Positions 20,167 to 31,059 are shown, counted from the first letter of the stretch. The stretch is DNA of 64,000 nucleotides from Bacillota bacterium (GCA_050951805.1 JBMNJT010000002.1:576001-640000); one strand, 5' to 3'. The notes: generated by a model not told the origin, from the sequence alone. Numbers and translations: made by a program.

Positions 20167-20898
20167 TTGCAGGTGCTTGTATATTCTGATTATGATGAGA
20201 TGAGCGCGGCGGCCGCGAGAATGATAGCGTCTAAGATCGGCGAGCTCCCCAAGCCGGTGCTGGGGCTTGCAACTGGGTCCACGCCAATCGGCATGTATGC
20301 TGAGCTGGTGCGGCTTCATAATGAGGAAGGTCTGGACTTTTCCAACGTCACCACGTTCAACCTTGACGAATATTGCGGAGTCGACGCTGAGGATCCCAGA
20401 AGCTATCATTGGTTCATGAAAGAGCATCTTTTCTCCCATGTGAACTTGGATCCTGAAAAAGCGCATGTGCCCGCGGGAAACAGTGCAGATCCTGACGGCG
20501 AATGCGCAAGGTATGAAAGGCTGATCAAAGAGGCCGGAGGCATTGACTTGCAGGTTTTGGGGATCGGAATGAATGGGCATATCGGGTTCAACGAACCTGG
20601 CTCGGATCCGAACTCGAGGACCCGCGTGGTGCGGCTGGCTGAGCAGACAATAGAGGTTAACAGAGCCAAGGGCGGACTGAATGCCTTGCCAGGTTATGCG
20701 ATATCCATGGGTATCGGAACAATAATGGAAGCGCGCCAGATATTGCTTCTGGCAAATGGCGCAGGCAAGGCGGAGATTATTCGGCGTGCGCTTACCGGGC
20801 CGGTTACGCCCGATGTGCCGGCTTCCCTGCTCCAGACGCATCCTAACGTTGTGTGTATGCTTGACAAGCCGGCAGCGTCATTGCTAGATCTTTCTTGA
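20167..20898 (+). CDS. nagB: Glucosamine-6-phosphate deaminase
   Basis: LGLATGSTP, FNLDEY, GIGMNGHIGFNEP. Confidence 0.97.
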   Translation: MQVLVYSDYDEMSAAAARMIASKIGELPKPVLGLATGSTPIGMYAELVRLHNEEGLDFSNVTTFNLDEYCGVDAEDPRSYHWFMKEHLFSHVNLDPEKAHVPAGNSADPDGECARYERLIKEAGGIDLQVLGIGMNGHIGFNEPGSDPNSRTRVVRLAEQTIEVNRAKGGLNALPGYAISMGIGTIMEARQILLLANGAGKAEIIRRALTGPVTPDVPASLLQTHPNVVCMLDKPAASLLDLS

Positions 20899-20945
20899 CG
20901 CAGGTATGTGTGTATGGTAGGATTATAAGCGCAGCAAGTTTGGAT

Positions 20946-21021
20946 GGGCCCGTAGCTCAGCTGGGAGAGCGCTAGAATCGCACTCTAGAGGTCGCGCGTT
21001 CGATCCGCGTCGGGTCCACCA
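20946..21021 (+). tRNA. tRNA-Ala(CGC)
   Basis: Cloverleaf, anticodon loop AT-CGC-AC, G3:U70 pair, encoded CCA. Confidence 0.95.
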
Positions 21022-21046
21022 GTTTAATATGTGGGTTTCCACTTAT

Positions 21047-21078
21047 CCGGTCGTGGCATTCACGACCGGGCTTTTTTT
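21047..21078 (+). terminator. Intrinsic terminator after tRNA-Ala
   Basis: CCGGTCGTG-GCATT-CACGACCGG followed by a T7 run. Confidence 0.85.
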
Positions 21079-21302
21079 ATGCTCGCATCTGACCGTTATT
21101 CGGTGGCGTGCATCCTGACGAAACCATGTATTTTCAAGGTTGGACAAGACTTGGTGCTGCTATAGCCGTTGGTTTTGCCGGTGTCGTCCTTTGACCCGGC
21201 AAGCGTCGAGTGTACGAAGTAGCCACGGAAGTATGGGTTGTGTACTGATGTGACATCGTATAAAATGGAACAGGTATAATCCTTTGGAAGGAGGGCTCAC
21301 GG

Positions 21303-21470
21303 TTGGCGTACGAGATCAACGATAACTGCATTGCTTGCGGTGCATGCAAAGAGGAATGTCCTACGGAGGCCATCAGCGAGGGCGATATTTACGCAATAGA
21401 CCCAGAGAAGTGCATTGACTGCGGTACATGCAACGAGGTGTGCCCTGTAGGAGCGCCGAATCCAGCTTGA
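21303..21470 (+). CDS. 2[4Fe-4S] ferredoxin, 55 aa (not in the ORF track)
   Basis: AAGGAGG RBS, TTG start; MAYEINDNCIACGACKEECP...KCIDCGTCNEVCPVGAPNPA with two CxxCxxCxxxCP motifs. Confidence 0.97.
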   Translation: MAYEINDNCIACGACKEECPTEAISEGDIYAIDPEKCIDCGTCNEVCPVGAPNPA

Positions 21471-21743
21471 GGAAAAGGCTATATTGAATTGGCAATCCGG
21501 TTGTGGACTTCTCGATGTACCATGTACGTTGGGGGGTCCATGATTCATATTATGACAATCCACGGGCAGAAACAGATGAAAACCCGACCAGGCTGCTTCC
21601 TCAGTGGTATTCTCTGAAGTCTGCGGATGTGGGTTTGCCGTCATCAGCCGCGCCCTCAAACCCCGCGGGGGCGGCGCGTGTTGTGCGCGCATTAGCAGTG
21701 TAGTAGAATAAATGATGGATTTCGGTGGTTGGAGGGGTGTAGT

Positions 21744-22640
21744 ATGGCAATCGGGGAGCTTGTGAATTCTGTCGATAGATCTAAGTTGGAGTTTGTTGAG
21801 AAGCTCCGGGGCGGAGTGATCATGGATGTCACCACGCCAGAGCAGGCTAAGATTGCTGAAGACGCCGGGGCCGTTGCAGTCATGGCTCTTGAGAGGGTGC
21901 CTGCGGATATTCGCGCTCAGGGCGGCGTAGCGAGAATGGCCGATCCGGCCCTGATAGAGCAGATCATGGATTCAGTTTCCATCCCTGTAATGGCGAAGGT
22001 GCGGATAGGGCATTTTGTGGAGGCTCAGATACTAGAAGCGATAGGCGTACATTGCATAGATGAGAGCGAAGTCCTGACTCCGGCTGATGAGAGATATCAT
22101 GTTGACAAGCACGCTTTCACGACACCTTTCGTGTGCGGTTGCCGCAATCTCGGCGAGGCGCTCCGCAGGATAGGTGAAGGCGCTTCAATGATGCGGACAA
22201 AAGGCGAGGCAGGAACAGGAGACATAGTAGAGGCGGTCCGCCACATAAGGGCGGTTAATGAGGATATTCGGCGGCTCAAGAATATGCCTTGCGAAGAGAT
22301 AATGGCCATGGCCAAAGAGATTGGAGCCCCATACGAGCTGCTTTGCCAAGTGGCCCGGGATGGCAAGCTCCCAGTCGTGAATTTCGCCGCCGGTGGCGTG
22401 GCAACTCCTGCAGATGCCGCTCTAATGATGCAATTGGGAGCCGACGGCGTTTTTGTGGGTTCAGGCATCTTCAAGTCGGATGATCCGGCTGCCAGGGCCA
22501 GGGCAATCGTTGGCGCAGTTGCAAACTATAGGGATGCCAAAGCGCTTGCCGAGGTTTCGAAAGGCCTTGGAGAAGCCATGAAGGGGATAGATGTCTCGTC
22601 CATGGCCGATGAGGAAAAGCTGCAGGGTAGAGGCTGGTAG
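21744..22640 (+). CDS. pdxS: Pyridoxal 5'-phosphate synthase lyase subunit
   Basis: [41 protein letters not shown]-terminal RGW. Confidence 0.98.
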   Translation: MAIGELVNSVDRSKLEFVEKLRGGVIMDVTTPEQAKIAEDAGAVAVMALERVPADIRAQGGVARMADPALIEQIMDSVSIPVMAKVRIGHFVEAQILEAIGVHCIDESEVLTPADERYHVDKHAFTTPFVCGCRNLGEALRRIGEGASMMRTKGEAGTGDIVEAVRHIRAVNEDIRRLKNMPCEEIMAMAKEIGAPYELLCQVARDGKLPVVNFAAGGVATPADAALMMQLGADGVFVGSGIFKSDDPAARARAIVGAVANYRDAKALAEVSKGLGEAMKGIDVSSMADEEKLQGRGW

Positions 22641-22733
22641 CGCTGTCTATAGCATGTAGATTCGTCTGGCTTTGGACCTGGCCCGGGCTTTCGTAAGCCG
22701 AAGGCCAGATTTTGCGAAGGCGGGGATAAATGC

Positions 22734-23993
22734 ATGTACGATAATATAAGGCGCGAGGATCCCGAAGTAGCAGATGCGATAAGCAACGAAATTCGAAGGC
22801 AGAATGAGAAGATAGAGCTGATCGCATCCGAGAACTTTGTCAGTGAAGCGGTTCTCGAGGCGTTGGGTTCGCCGCTTACCAACAAGTACGCAGAGGGTTA
22901 CCCGGGTCGAAGATATTACGGCGGGTGTGAGCACGTAGATGTTGTCGAGTCTCTTGCTATTGAGCGCGCGAAGCGGCTCTTTGGAGCGGAACATGCGAAT
23001 GTTCAGCCACACTCCGGTGCGCAGGCAAATATGGCCGTCTATTTTGCGGCTCTAGAACCCGGCGATACTGTCCTTGGGATGAACTTGACCCATGGCGGTC
23101 ATTTAACCCATGGAATGCACCTGAATATTTCCGGAAAGTATTTCCAGTTCATTCCTTATGGCGTCAGGGAAGACACGCAAATTATCGACTATGACGCCAT
23201 GGAAAACCTTGCCATAGAGCATCGCCCCAAGATGATTGTGGCAGGCGCCAGCGCATACCCGAGGATTATCGACTTTGAGCGCATAAGCGAGATTGCCCAC
23301 AGTGTAGATGCACTTCTAATGGTTGATATGGCACATATTGCCGGATTGGTTGCGGCTGGTCTTCATCCCAATCCGGTTGAATACGCGGATTTTGTGACCA
23401 CCACGACCCATAAGACTCTTCGCGGGCCTCGCGGGGGAATGATATTGTGCAAGTCGGAATGGGCTAGGAAGATCGATTCTGCAGTTTTCCCAGGTACGCA
23501 GGGCGGTCCGCTCATGCACGTCATAGCGGCGAAAGCCGTGGCTTTCGCGGAAGCTTTGCAGCCCGAGTTTGCTCAGTATCAACGTGGTATAATTATGAAT
23601 GCGCAGGCTCTCGCGGACGCGCTGATGGAACGTGGATGGCGCCTGGTTTCAGGCGGAACTGACAACCATCTAATCCTGATGGACCTCCGCGGGACGGGAA
23701 TTACAGGAAGAGTCGCCGAGGAAGCCCTCGATGAGGTGGGCATTACGGTTAACAAGAATACAGTTCCGTTCGACCCTGAAAAACCCATGGTGACCAGCGG
23801 TGTTCGAATCGGAACCCCTGCTGTTACGACTCGGGGCATGAAGGAGCCTGAGATGCGGGAGATCGCCTCACTGATCGATAAGACGCTGAGAAATCTTGGC
23901 TCAGAGGGAGCTATGGACGAAGTCAGGCAAGGTGTGAATGACATCATATCTAGGTTCCCACTGTATTCCCAAATCAGAGCCGAGTTGAGCTGA
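22734..23993 (+). CDS. glyA: Serine hydroxymethyltransferase
   Basis: [28 protein letters not shown]. Confidence 0.98.
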   Translation: MYDNIRREDPEVADAISNEIRRQNEKIELIASENFVSEAVLEALGSPLTNKYAEGYPGRRYYGGCEHVDVVESLAIERAKRLFGAEHANVQPHSGAQANMAVYFAALEPGDTVLGMNLTHGGHLTHGMHLNISGKYFQFIPYGVREDTQIIDYDAMENLAIEHRPKMIVAGASAYPRIIDFERISEIAHSVDALLMVDMAHIAGLVAAGLHPNPVEYADFVTTTTHKTLRGPRGGMILCKSEWARKIDSAVFPGTQGGPLMHVIAAKAVAFAEALQPEFAQYQRGIIMNAQALADALMERGWRLVSGGTDNHLILMDLRGTGITGRVAEEALDEVGITVNKNTVPFDPEKPMVTSGVRIGTPAVTTRGMKEPEMREIASLIDKTLRNLGSEGAMDEVRQGVNDIISRFPLYSQIRAELS

Positions 23994-24146
23994 TATACAG
24001 GTTTTTTGTTGTTGAATTTGCTCGCGAATCACTTGTGCCGCGGGTACCCGCGGCATGATTCATACGAACTATACAAGCTGTGTACGAGTTACCCCGGCCA
24101 GCTATGTATGGATGAACGATAAACACAGGATAGGGGGAGGAAGGTT

Positions 24147-24722
24147 ATGGCTAAGCTCCTAGAGATTCGCTGGCATGGACGTGCTGGTCAGGGGGCGAAG
24201 ACGGCTGCACTTGTACTGGCTGAGGCAGCTATCTCCACAGGCAAATACGCCCAGGCGTTCCCTGAATATGGCCCAGAGAGAATGGGCGCGCCCATGAAAG
24301 CTTATAACAGAATCAGCGATGAACCAATCACAGTCCACCACCATGTGGAAGAGCCAGATATCGTCATAGTTCTGGATCCGACTTTGCTCACAGTTGGCAA
24401 TGTCAAGGCCGGAGTCCCTGACGATGGAATCTACCTCGTCAACACACCGCTGTCGCCCAGCGAGATGCGCGCAAGACTGGGGCTTGAAGGCAGCAAGGCG
24501 AAGGTATACACCCTCGACGCGACCCAGGTGTCTATGGACACCATTGGCCGCAATATCCCGAACACTCCAATGATCGGTGCCCTTATTGCGGCAACGGGGC
24601 TTTTGGAGCTCGATGAGCTGCTTGAGGATACTCGGAGAAAACTCTCCAAGAAGTTGCGCCCCGAGGTGGTTGACAAGAATATGGAGGCTATTAAGCGGGC
24701 CTATCGGGAGGTGGCTTCTTAA
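24147..24722 (+). CDS. porC: Pyruvate/2-oxoacid:ferredoxin oxidoreductase gamma subunit
   Basis: EIRWHGRAGQG, FPEYGPERMGAP, PNTPMIGA. Confidence 0.92.
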   Translation: MAKLLEIRWHGRAGQGAKTAALVLAEAAISTGKYAQAFPEYGPERMGAPMKAYNRISDEPITVHHHVEEPDIVIVLDPTLLTVGNVKAGVPDDGIYLVNTPLSPSEMRARLGLEGSKAKVYTLDATQVSMDTIGRNIPNTPMIGALIAATGLLELDELLEDTRRKLSKKLRPEVVDKNMEAIKRAYREVAS

Positions 24723-25027
24723 TGTCAGTTCCTAAGGATGCCGGCTGGAAGGACGTGCCGAAGGCCGGAAGGATTCTAGAACCGGGATGTGCCGATAAGT
24801 ATGAAACAGGCGGATGGAGAACTTACCGCCCTGTTCATATAGAAGAAAACTGCATCAATTGCTTGTTCTGTTGGATTTACTGCCCTGATCAGGCCATCCT
24901 TGTAGAGGACGGGAAGTTCAAGGGCATAGACTACGCTTACTGCAAAGGCTGCGGCATATGCGCAAAGGAATGCCCAGGTAAGCGTGGCAACAAGGCACTC
25001 AAGATGGTCTTGGATGAAGAGGCCTAG
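24722..25027 (+). CDS. porD: Pyruvate/2-oxoacid:ferredoxin oxidoreductase delta subunit
   Basis: TGGWRTYRP, CINCLFCWIYCPD, CKGCGICAKECP. Confidence 0.92.
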   Translation: MSVPKDAGWKDVPKAGRILEPGCADKYETGGWRTYRPVHIEENCINCLFCWIYCPDQAILVEDGKFKGIDYAYCKGCGICAKECPGKRGNKALKMVLDEEA

Positions 25028-25053
25028 ACGAAGTAAGGAAGGAGGAGCAATTC

Positions 25054-26235
25054 ATGAGCATAAGGGTTGGAAAAACCGGAAATGAGGCAGTCGCAGAGGC
25101 GATGCGCCAGATCAACCCGGACGTAGTCGCAGCGTACCCGATTACGCCGCAGACAGAGATAGTACAGATCTTCTCCAGCTTCGTCGCTAATGGCAAGGTG
25201 GATACCGAGTTCGTGACGGTAGAGAGTGAGCACTCCGCGATGAGCGCTACTGTTGGAGCCTCTGCAGCCGGCGCGCGAGCAATGACTGCTACATCGGCAA
25301 ATGGTCTTGCGTTCATGTGGGAGGTTGTATATATCGCGGCCGCTATGAGGCTGCCGATAGTAATGCCGGTCGTGAATAGGGCGCTTTCGGGGCCGCTGAA
25401 TATCCACTGCGACCATAGCGACACGATGGGGGCCAGGGATTCTGGATGGATCCAGATTTTCTCCGAAAATGCGCAGGAAGCGTATGATAACGCCATTCAG
25501 GCGCTTAGGATCGCGGAGAATTCCAATGTGCTGCTGCCGGTCATGGTGACGATGGATGGTTTCATTATCAGCCATGCCATGGAAGTAATGGAGATCCTCG
25601 AAGATGAGAAGGTTCGGGAGTTCATTGGAGAATACGTTCCCGAGAACCCTCTCCTCGACGTGGACAACCCAGTGACTATTGGACCCATAGATCTGCAGGA
25701 TTGGAATTTCGAGCATAAGAGACAGCAGGCTGAGGCTATGCGCAACGCGAAACCCGTGATTTTAGAGGTTGCTAAGGATTACGCGAAGCTGACTGGTCGC
25801 GAGTATGGCCTGTTTGAAGAATACAGGATGGAAGATGCCGAGGTAGCTGTGGTGGTTCTTGGATCTACTGCGGGTACTGCCAAGGCTGTCGTGGATGAGC
25901 TGAGGGCCGACGGGGTTCGTGCCGGCTTGCTCAAGATAAGGGTATTCCGGCCATTCCCGGCAGAAGAGATAGCTGAAGCGTTGAAAGACGTGAAGGCCGT
26001 GGCTGTGATGGACAGATCGGATTCGTTCAATGCCGTGGGCGGCCCGGTCTTTGGCGATGTGCGCTCTGCTCTGTATGACGTCGAGAACGGTCCGAGGATC
26101 GTTGACTATATCTACGGGATCGGCGGCCGCGATGTGACTCCTGATCACATCCGAACGGTCTATGCCGACCTAGCAAAGATCGCCGACACCGGGCAGGTTG
26201 AGAATCTCCTCACCTACCTTGGGGTCAGAGAGTAG
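25054..26235 (+). CDS. porA: Pyruvate/2-oxoacid:ferredoxin oxidoreductase alpha subunit
   Basis: AYPITPQT, ESEHSAMS, NRALSGPLNIHCDH. Confidence 0.95.
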   Translation: MSIRVGKTGNEAVAEAMRQINPDVVAAYPITPQTEIVQIFSSFVANGKVDTEFVTVESEHSAMSATVGASAAGARAMTATSANGLAFMWEVVYIAAAMRLPIVMPVVNRALSGPLNIHCDHSDTMGARDSGWIQIFSENAQEAYDNAIQALRIAENSNVLLPVMVTMDGFIISHAMEVMEILEDEKVREFIGEYVPENPLLDVDNPVTIGPIDLQDWNFEHKRQQAEAMRNAKPVILEVAKDYAKLTGREYGLFEEYRMEDAEVAVVVLGSTAGTAKAVVDELRADGVRAGLLKIRVFRPFPAEEIAEALKDVKAVAVMDRSDSFNAVGGPVFGDVRSALYDVENGPRIVDYIYGIGGRDVTPDHIRTVYADLAKIADTGQVENLLTYLGVRE

Positions 26236-26246
26236 GGGGTGCGCAC

Positions 26247-27173
26247 ATGGCGACTTTGAAGGAACTGTCTAAGAAGGAGGTCCTGATCTCATCAGGCCAC
26301 CGTGCCTGTGCGGGTTGCGGATTTCCGGTCATTATAAAACAGGCGCTCCTGGCGGCGGAGAATCCGGTGGTTGTGTCGTGCGCAACAGGATGCATGGAAG
26401 TATGCACAACCATCTACCCATACACGGCGTGGAAGGTTCCATTCATCCACAACGCGTTTGAGAATTCTGCTTCGACCCTTAGCGGCGTAGAGGCAGCATA
26501 TAGGTCACTGTCTCGCCAGGGAAAGATCGACAAGAAGATCGACTTCATAGCCTTTGGCGGCGACGGAGGAACGTACGACATCGGTTTCCAGGCGCTTTCC
26601 GGAGCTATGGAACGTGGGCACAACATGCTATACATCTGCTACGACAATCAGGCATACATGAATACAGGGATTCAGCGGTCGAGCGCGACTCCGAGGGGTG
26701 CTAACACCACTACTAGCCCTGCGGGAACCGAGTCGTACGGGAAGAAGCAGTATCGCAAGGATCTCAGTGCAATTATGGTTGCTCATGAGATTCCCTACGT
26801 CGCGCAGGCTTCCCCAAGCAATTGGAATGACTTGGTCAGCAAGGTAAAGAAGGCCCTGGCCGTCGAGGGCCCTGCCTTCATGAACATCATCCAGCCATGT
26901 GTTCTCGGATGGAAGTATCCTTCCGATCAGAGCATGGAACTGGCCAGGTTGGCTGTGGATACCTGTTTCTGGCCGTTGTATGAGGTGGAAGACGGAGAAT
27001 ACAGGCTCACCTACAAGCCAAAAGAAAAGAAGCCTGTGGAAGATTGGCTTAAGAGGCAGGATAGATTCAGACACCTCTTCAAGCCGGAAAACGCCGAGAT
27101 CGTCAAGGAGATCCAGGAGGATGTGGACGAACGTTGGGCCAAGCTCCTGGCCAAGTGCGGCGAGGAGGCGTAA
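26247..27173 (+). CDS. porB: Pyruvate/2-oxoacid:ferredoxin oxidoreductase beta subunit
   Basis: GHRACAGCG, GGDGGTYDIG..N TPP-binding motif, YMNTGIQRS. Confidence 0.95.
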   Translation: MATLKELSKKEVLISSGHRACAGCGFPVIIKQALLAAENPVVVSCATGCMEVCTTIYPYTAWKVPFIHNAFENSASTLSGVEAAYRSLSRQGKIDKKIDFIAFGGDGGTYDIGFQALSGAMERGHNMLYICYDNQAYMNTGIQRSSATPRGANTTTSPAGTESYGKKQYRKDLSAIMVAHEIPYVAQASPSNWNDLVSKVKKALAVEGPAFMNIIQPCVLGWKYPSDQSMELARLAVDTCFWPLYEVEDGEYRLTYKPKEKKPVEDWLKRQDRFRHLFKPENAEIVKEIQEDVDERWAKLLAKCGEEA

Positions 27174-27887
27174 CAGCCTGACAGTCCATACAGCTTAATA
27201 GGCTGTTGTTTTCACTAACGAGCGTGAAGCCAGCTGGTCGTCTCAATGTCGGGGCGCCTGGCTGGCTTTATGAATGTGCTGAGAGTCTGCGCCGTGCCGC
27301 AGGCATTGGCGCAGTTAAGGGGAGCACCGCCTTAGACGTGCAAATATCGTTGCAATGCAGCGTTTCGTAGGCTCGCGATTGAGGCATGCCCTGGGCGAAC
27401 CTTGTGATAGCGAGTTTACATGTTAAGCAACAGCTCAAAGCGGCTATCTTGTTCTCAGCCCAAAACCCTTGTTTCGTCAGGAATTGAGCACACCTCATTT
27501 TACGAAGCATGCTGGAGTATTGCGTCATGGTGGGTGGGAATGATTGCCAGTACACTGCGATTGCGACTTATCAGGAGAGCAGTATGAGGGGGCAATTCTC
27601 TGTTTAGGTGCGGAAAGGATCTCCGCACCCGAGGTTGAAGGTATTCGAATTTGATACGCTAAGTGAAGGCGAAGGTGCGGCATGTAATCAGGGTATGCGA
27701 GCTTTTCGATGTGGTCAACGGAGACAAGATCCTAATCGGCATGGTTGGGCTTGCGTCGGGCATTGTCATGCCATAGGGCCTGGATTCCGTACGAAGACCC
27801 TCTTCCGTAATTCTTCCGTCAAGGTGATGTCCCCCTTGTTCAGGGGTGACATTATCTCAGACGCGTACACATTTTCGTTGGCCTCCC

Positions 27888-27916
27888 TTGACTTTGCAGG
27901 ATTGTGGATATATCAT
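27888..27916 (+). promoter_or_regulatory. Sigma-A promoter of the serS leader
   Basis: TTGACT-N17-TATCAT just upstream of the T-box. Confidence 0.7.
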
Positions 27917-27957
27917 ATAAGGAAGTTGCAGGATACCGTTTCTCCTGCATATACAGC

Positions 27958-28304
27958 AAACGCGATGAGAGGGAATAGTATCCCGCAGTCTTCTTTGCAG
28001 AGAGCCGGGGGCGCCTTCAGACCATTTGAGCGGAAGCTACGCTCAGATGTTTCCGAGTCTGTGGGGGCTGGTGGGAACCGGTAAGAGGCAGTGGGGGAAT
28101 CCACCCTGGAGCGGCCGGCCGAACAAGAGTAAGCCGTGACGGGATCGCCCGTTATAGCGGACACGAGAGGGTTTGCCTGAGATCAAGCGCCCAGCGCCTA
28201 AGGGCGTGTTTGCCGTGCTTGTCCAGGCGACCAATCGGGGTGGCAACGCGGGAAGTTTGTCCCGCCCCCGGCGGCGAAAGCTGCGAGGGGGCGGGATTTT
28301 TTGT
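27958..28304 (+). promoter_or_regulatory. Serine T-box riboswitch
   Basis: GA motif GCGATGA, AGTA, AGAGAG bulge, GGTGGGAA distal loop, specifier GAA-TCC (Ser) at 28100-28102, T-box AATCGGGGTGGCAACGCG, terminator TCCCGCCCCC..GGGGGCGGGA-TTTTTT. Confidence 0.93.
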
Positions 28305-28341
28305 AGGCGGGATGGGCAATAGATGAAGGGGGAGTCTTAGT

Positions 28342-29619
28342 ATGCTGGACCTGAAATTCGTAAGGTCAAACCCGGAGTTAGTAAGGGATTCGCTGCGGAA
28401 GCGGGGAGAGAGCACTGAAATACTCGATACTCTCTTGGCTTGCGATGAGCGGCGTCGGGCTATACTGGTTGAAGCTGAGGAACTAAAGCGCCAAAGAAAC
28501 GAAGCATCTGCTGAGGTCGGGCGCATGAAGCAGACGGGTGAGGATGCATCCAGCATAGTAAGTGAGATGAGAATGGTCTCTGAGCGCATCCGAGGTTTGG
28601 ATCAGGAATTATCTGAAGTGGAGATGCGCCTAGCCGAGATGCTGCTTGGAATCCCGAACATTCCCCATGAATCTGTTCCGGTAGGCCGTGATGAGAGCGA
28701 AAACGTGGTCGTGCGGAAATGGGGAGAGCCGACGGCCTTCGATTTCGAGGCCAAAGCCCATTGGGATATCGGTACTGACCTGGATATTCTCGATTTCGAA
28801 CGGGCATCGAAGATTACCGGGTCGAGGTTCGTCATATACAAGGGTGCCGGCTCCAAGCTGGTAAGGGCTCTAATCAACTTCATGCTGGACTTGCATACAC
28901 AAGAACATGGCTATACTGAAGTCTTTCCACCGTTCCTCATTAACCGGGATTCAGCGGTTGGGACTGGCCAGTTGCCCAAGTTTGCAGAGGACATGTTCAA
29001 ATGTGAAGGCCTTGACTACTACCTAGCGCCCACGGCGGAGGTTCCTGTGACGAACATGTACCGCGGAGAGATCTTGCCCGGCGATTTGTTGCCGATAAAG
29101 CATTGCGCTTACACTGCGTGTTTCCGTTCAGAAGCAGGCTCTGCGGGCCGCGACACGAGGGGACTCATACGCCAGCATCAGTTCGACAAGGTGGAACTGG
29201 TCAAATTCGTTCATCCTGATACCTCTTATGACGAGCTCGAGAGGCTTGTAAATGACGCTGAAAGCATTCTGCAGTTGTTGAATTTGCCATATCAGGTCAC
29301 AATGATGTGCACCGGAGATGTGGGTTTTTCTGCAGCCAAGAAGTACGATCTCGAAGTATGGATGCCAAGCTATGATAGGTATGTTGAGATCTCGTCATGT
29401 AGCAATTTCGAGGCATTCCAGGCTCGCAGGGCAGATATCAGGTTCAGGCCTGCGCCTGGCGAACGCGCCGAATTCGTCCATACATTGAACGGCTCTGGCC
29501 TCGCAGTAGGAAGGACGATCGCCGCTATGTTGGAAAACTGGCAGCAACCGGATGGCTCTGTGACGATTCCGCCTCGGCTCAGAGGGTACATGGGCAAAAT
29601 GGAGGCAATCACAGGGTAA
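28342..29619 (+). CDS. serS: Serine--tRNA ligase
   Basis: [45 protein letters not shown]. Confidence 0.98.
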   Translation: MLDLKFVRSNPELVRDSLRKRGESTEILDTLLACDERRRAILVEAEELKRQRNEASAEVGRMKQTGEDASSIVSEMRMVSERIRGLDQELSEVEMRLAEMLLGIPNIPHESVPVGRDESENVVVRKWGEPTAFDFEAKAHWDIGTDLDILDFERASKITGSRFVIYKGAGSKLVRALINFMLDLHTQEHGYTEVFPPFLINRDSAVGTGQLPKFAEDMFKCEGLDYYLAPTAEVPVTNMYRGEILPGDLLPIKHCAYTACFRSEAGSAGRDTRGLIRQHQFDKVELVKFVHPDTSYDELERLVNDAESILQLLNLPYQVTMMCTGDVGFSAAKKYDLEVWMPSYDRYVEISSCSNFEAFQARRADIRFRPAPGERAEFVHTLNGSGLAVGRTIAAMLENWQQPDGSVTIPPRLRGYMGKMEAITG

Positions 29620-29639
29620 ACGGCTTGGTTGCACTGGGG

Positions 29640-30677
29640 TTACTGGAGGCGTTCGACTATACTTATGTCGTTTGAATCGCGCTGGATTGAGATAGTCTTG
29701 CCTTTGCTTTGGCCTGAGACTATCTGAACGTCGTAGATCTCCTTGGTGACCCCCACAACGGTGGCCAATGAACCGTCGCTTAGCCTTACTACAGTGCCAA
29801 GCGGGTAGGCGGCCACCACTTCGACGAAGCACTTGATTACCGTCGGGTTATAGCTTTTGCCTGCATCGCGCGTCAATTCTGCCAGGGCTTGGTGTGGCAT
29901 CATCGCTTCCCTGTAGGGCCTGTCAGAGGTCATGGCTTCGTACGAATCGGCGACGGCGACGACTTTTGCAAGGTCCAGGGTGTCAGCGTCTAGAAGTCCG
30001 CGGGGATAGCCCGAGCCATCGTACCTTTCATGATGTTGGAAAGCCACATGAGCGGGGATGAGTGGCATGTGCTTGCGCAACACTTGGAATCCGTCCCAAG
30101 GGTGCCTATGGATGACCTCCATTTCGTCAGCGTTAAGTGGCTCAGGTTTTGCCAGTATCTCTTTGGGTGTAAACAGCTTTCCCACATCGTGGAGCATTGC
30201 GCCGGATCCAAGGTCCACCAATTCGTATCTGTTCATGCCCATGTGGGCGCCGCAAAGGATCGACAGGACGCAGACATCGACTGAGTGTCCATATGTGTAA
30301 TCGTCGAAGGCCTTGATATCGGCCATGCTGTAGACTACGTTTGGATTGCTAAGCACTTGGTCGACGATGTCTTCGACGGTTTCACGCACGATGGCAAAGT
30401 CGATACGGTTTGAAGCGATGACAGATTCGGTGACAGCTTTCAGCGTCTCTCTGGCGTGCACGAGGGTCTCCTGCTTTACGGGACCTACAAGATTCTCGAT
30501 GGGTTCGTCAGGATAGCTCTTTACATAGAGAGCTGAAAAACGGAATTCCTTCAGTCTTTTTATGTAAGTCTCTTTCAGTGTAGTGTTGGCAGTGAGCAGA
30601 AGCTGGCCATGCGGGCCCCATATGTGCCTGGCTAGGATCATTCCGGGCTTGGCTTCATCTATGGAAATGTAGCGCAT
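29640..30677 (-). CDS. HD-GYP cyclic-dinucleotide phosphodiesterase
   Basis: YTYGHS, LHDVGK, HHERYDGSGYP, AMTSDRPYR. Confidence 0.93.
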   Translation of the reverse strand: MRYISIDEAKPGMILARHIWGPHGQLLLTANTTLKETYIKRLKEFRFSALYVKSYPDEPIENLVGPVKQETLVHARETLKAVTESVIASNRIDFAIVRETVEDIVDQVLSNPNVVYSMADIKAFDDYTYGHSVDVCVLSILCGAHMGMNRYELVDLGSGAMLHDVGKLFTPKEILAKPEPLNADEMEVIHRHPWDGFQVLRKHMPLIPAHVAFQHHERYDGSGYPRGLLDADTLDLAKVVAVADSYEAMTSDRPYREAMMPHQALAELTRDAGKSYNPTVIKCFVEVVAAYPLGTVVRLSDGSLATVVGVTKEIYDVQIVSGQSKGKTISIQRDSNDISIVERLQ

Positions 30678-30917
30678 TGCTATCCCCCGTTGTCAATTGC
30701 ATTTTATCGATTTCGGCTGCTATGCTATTGCTCGTCGTGATCTATCAATACTTTCCACAAAGAGCTGCAACATCCTGCTGCAGCAATTGGGCTTAGCGTC
30801 TGGAGAACGCGTGGCTTCTTGCTGGTGCTTCGGCCTCCCATTCTTGGGCAAACCCGGAGGCGGACAGTGTCTTGACTGGGCGTCGACATGGGTGATATAC
30901 TATGGAGGCACTTGATG

Positions 30918-31006
30918 GGAGGGGTGTCCGAGCGGTTTATGGAGCCGGTCTTGAAAACCGGTGTCTCAGAAATGGGCCGTGGGTTCGAATCCCACCCCCT
31001 CCGCCA
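30918..31006 (+). tRNA. tRNA-Ser(TGA)
   Basis: Long variable arm, anticodon loop CT-TGA-AA, GCCA end; upstream TTGACT-N18-TATACT. Confidence 0.95.
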
Positions 31007-31059
31007 TAATTCGCAAATCGCGATGGATAGTTGTTTTTGACTCATGTATCAGCCTGTGC

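Noticed and set aside
21540-21700. SCIFF six-cysteine peptide, selenoprotein read-through, or hammerhead/fluoride/c-di-GMP RNA
   Set aside because: The N-terminus loosely resembles SCIFF but has only one Cys and no radical SAM neighbour; CTGATGA and GGCAAACC on the minus strand lack the other required elements
24005-24030. Rex operator upstream of the por operon
   Set aside because: TTGTTGAATTTGCTCGCGAA is too degenerate relative to TTGTGAA-N4-TTCACAA to call
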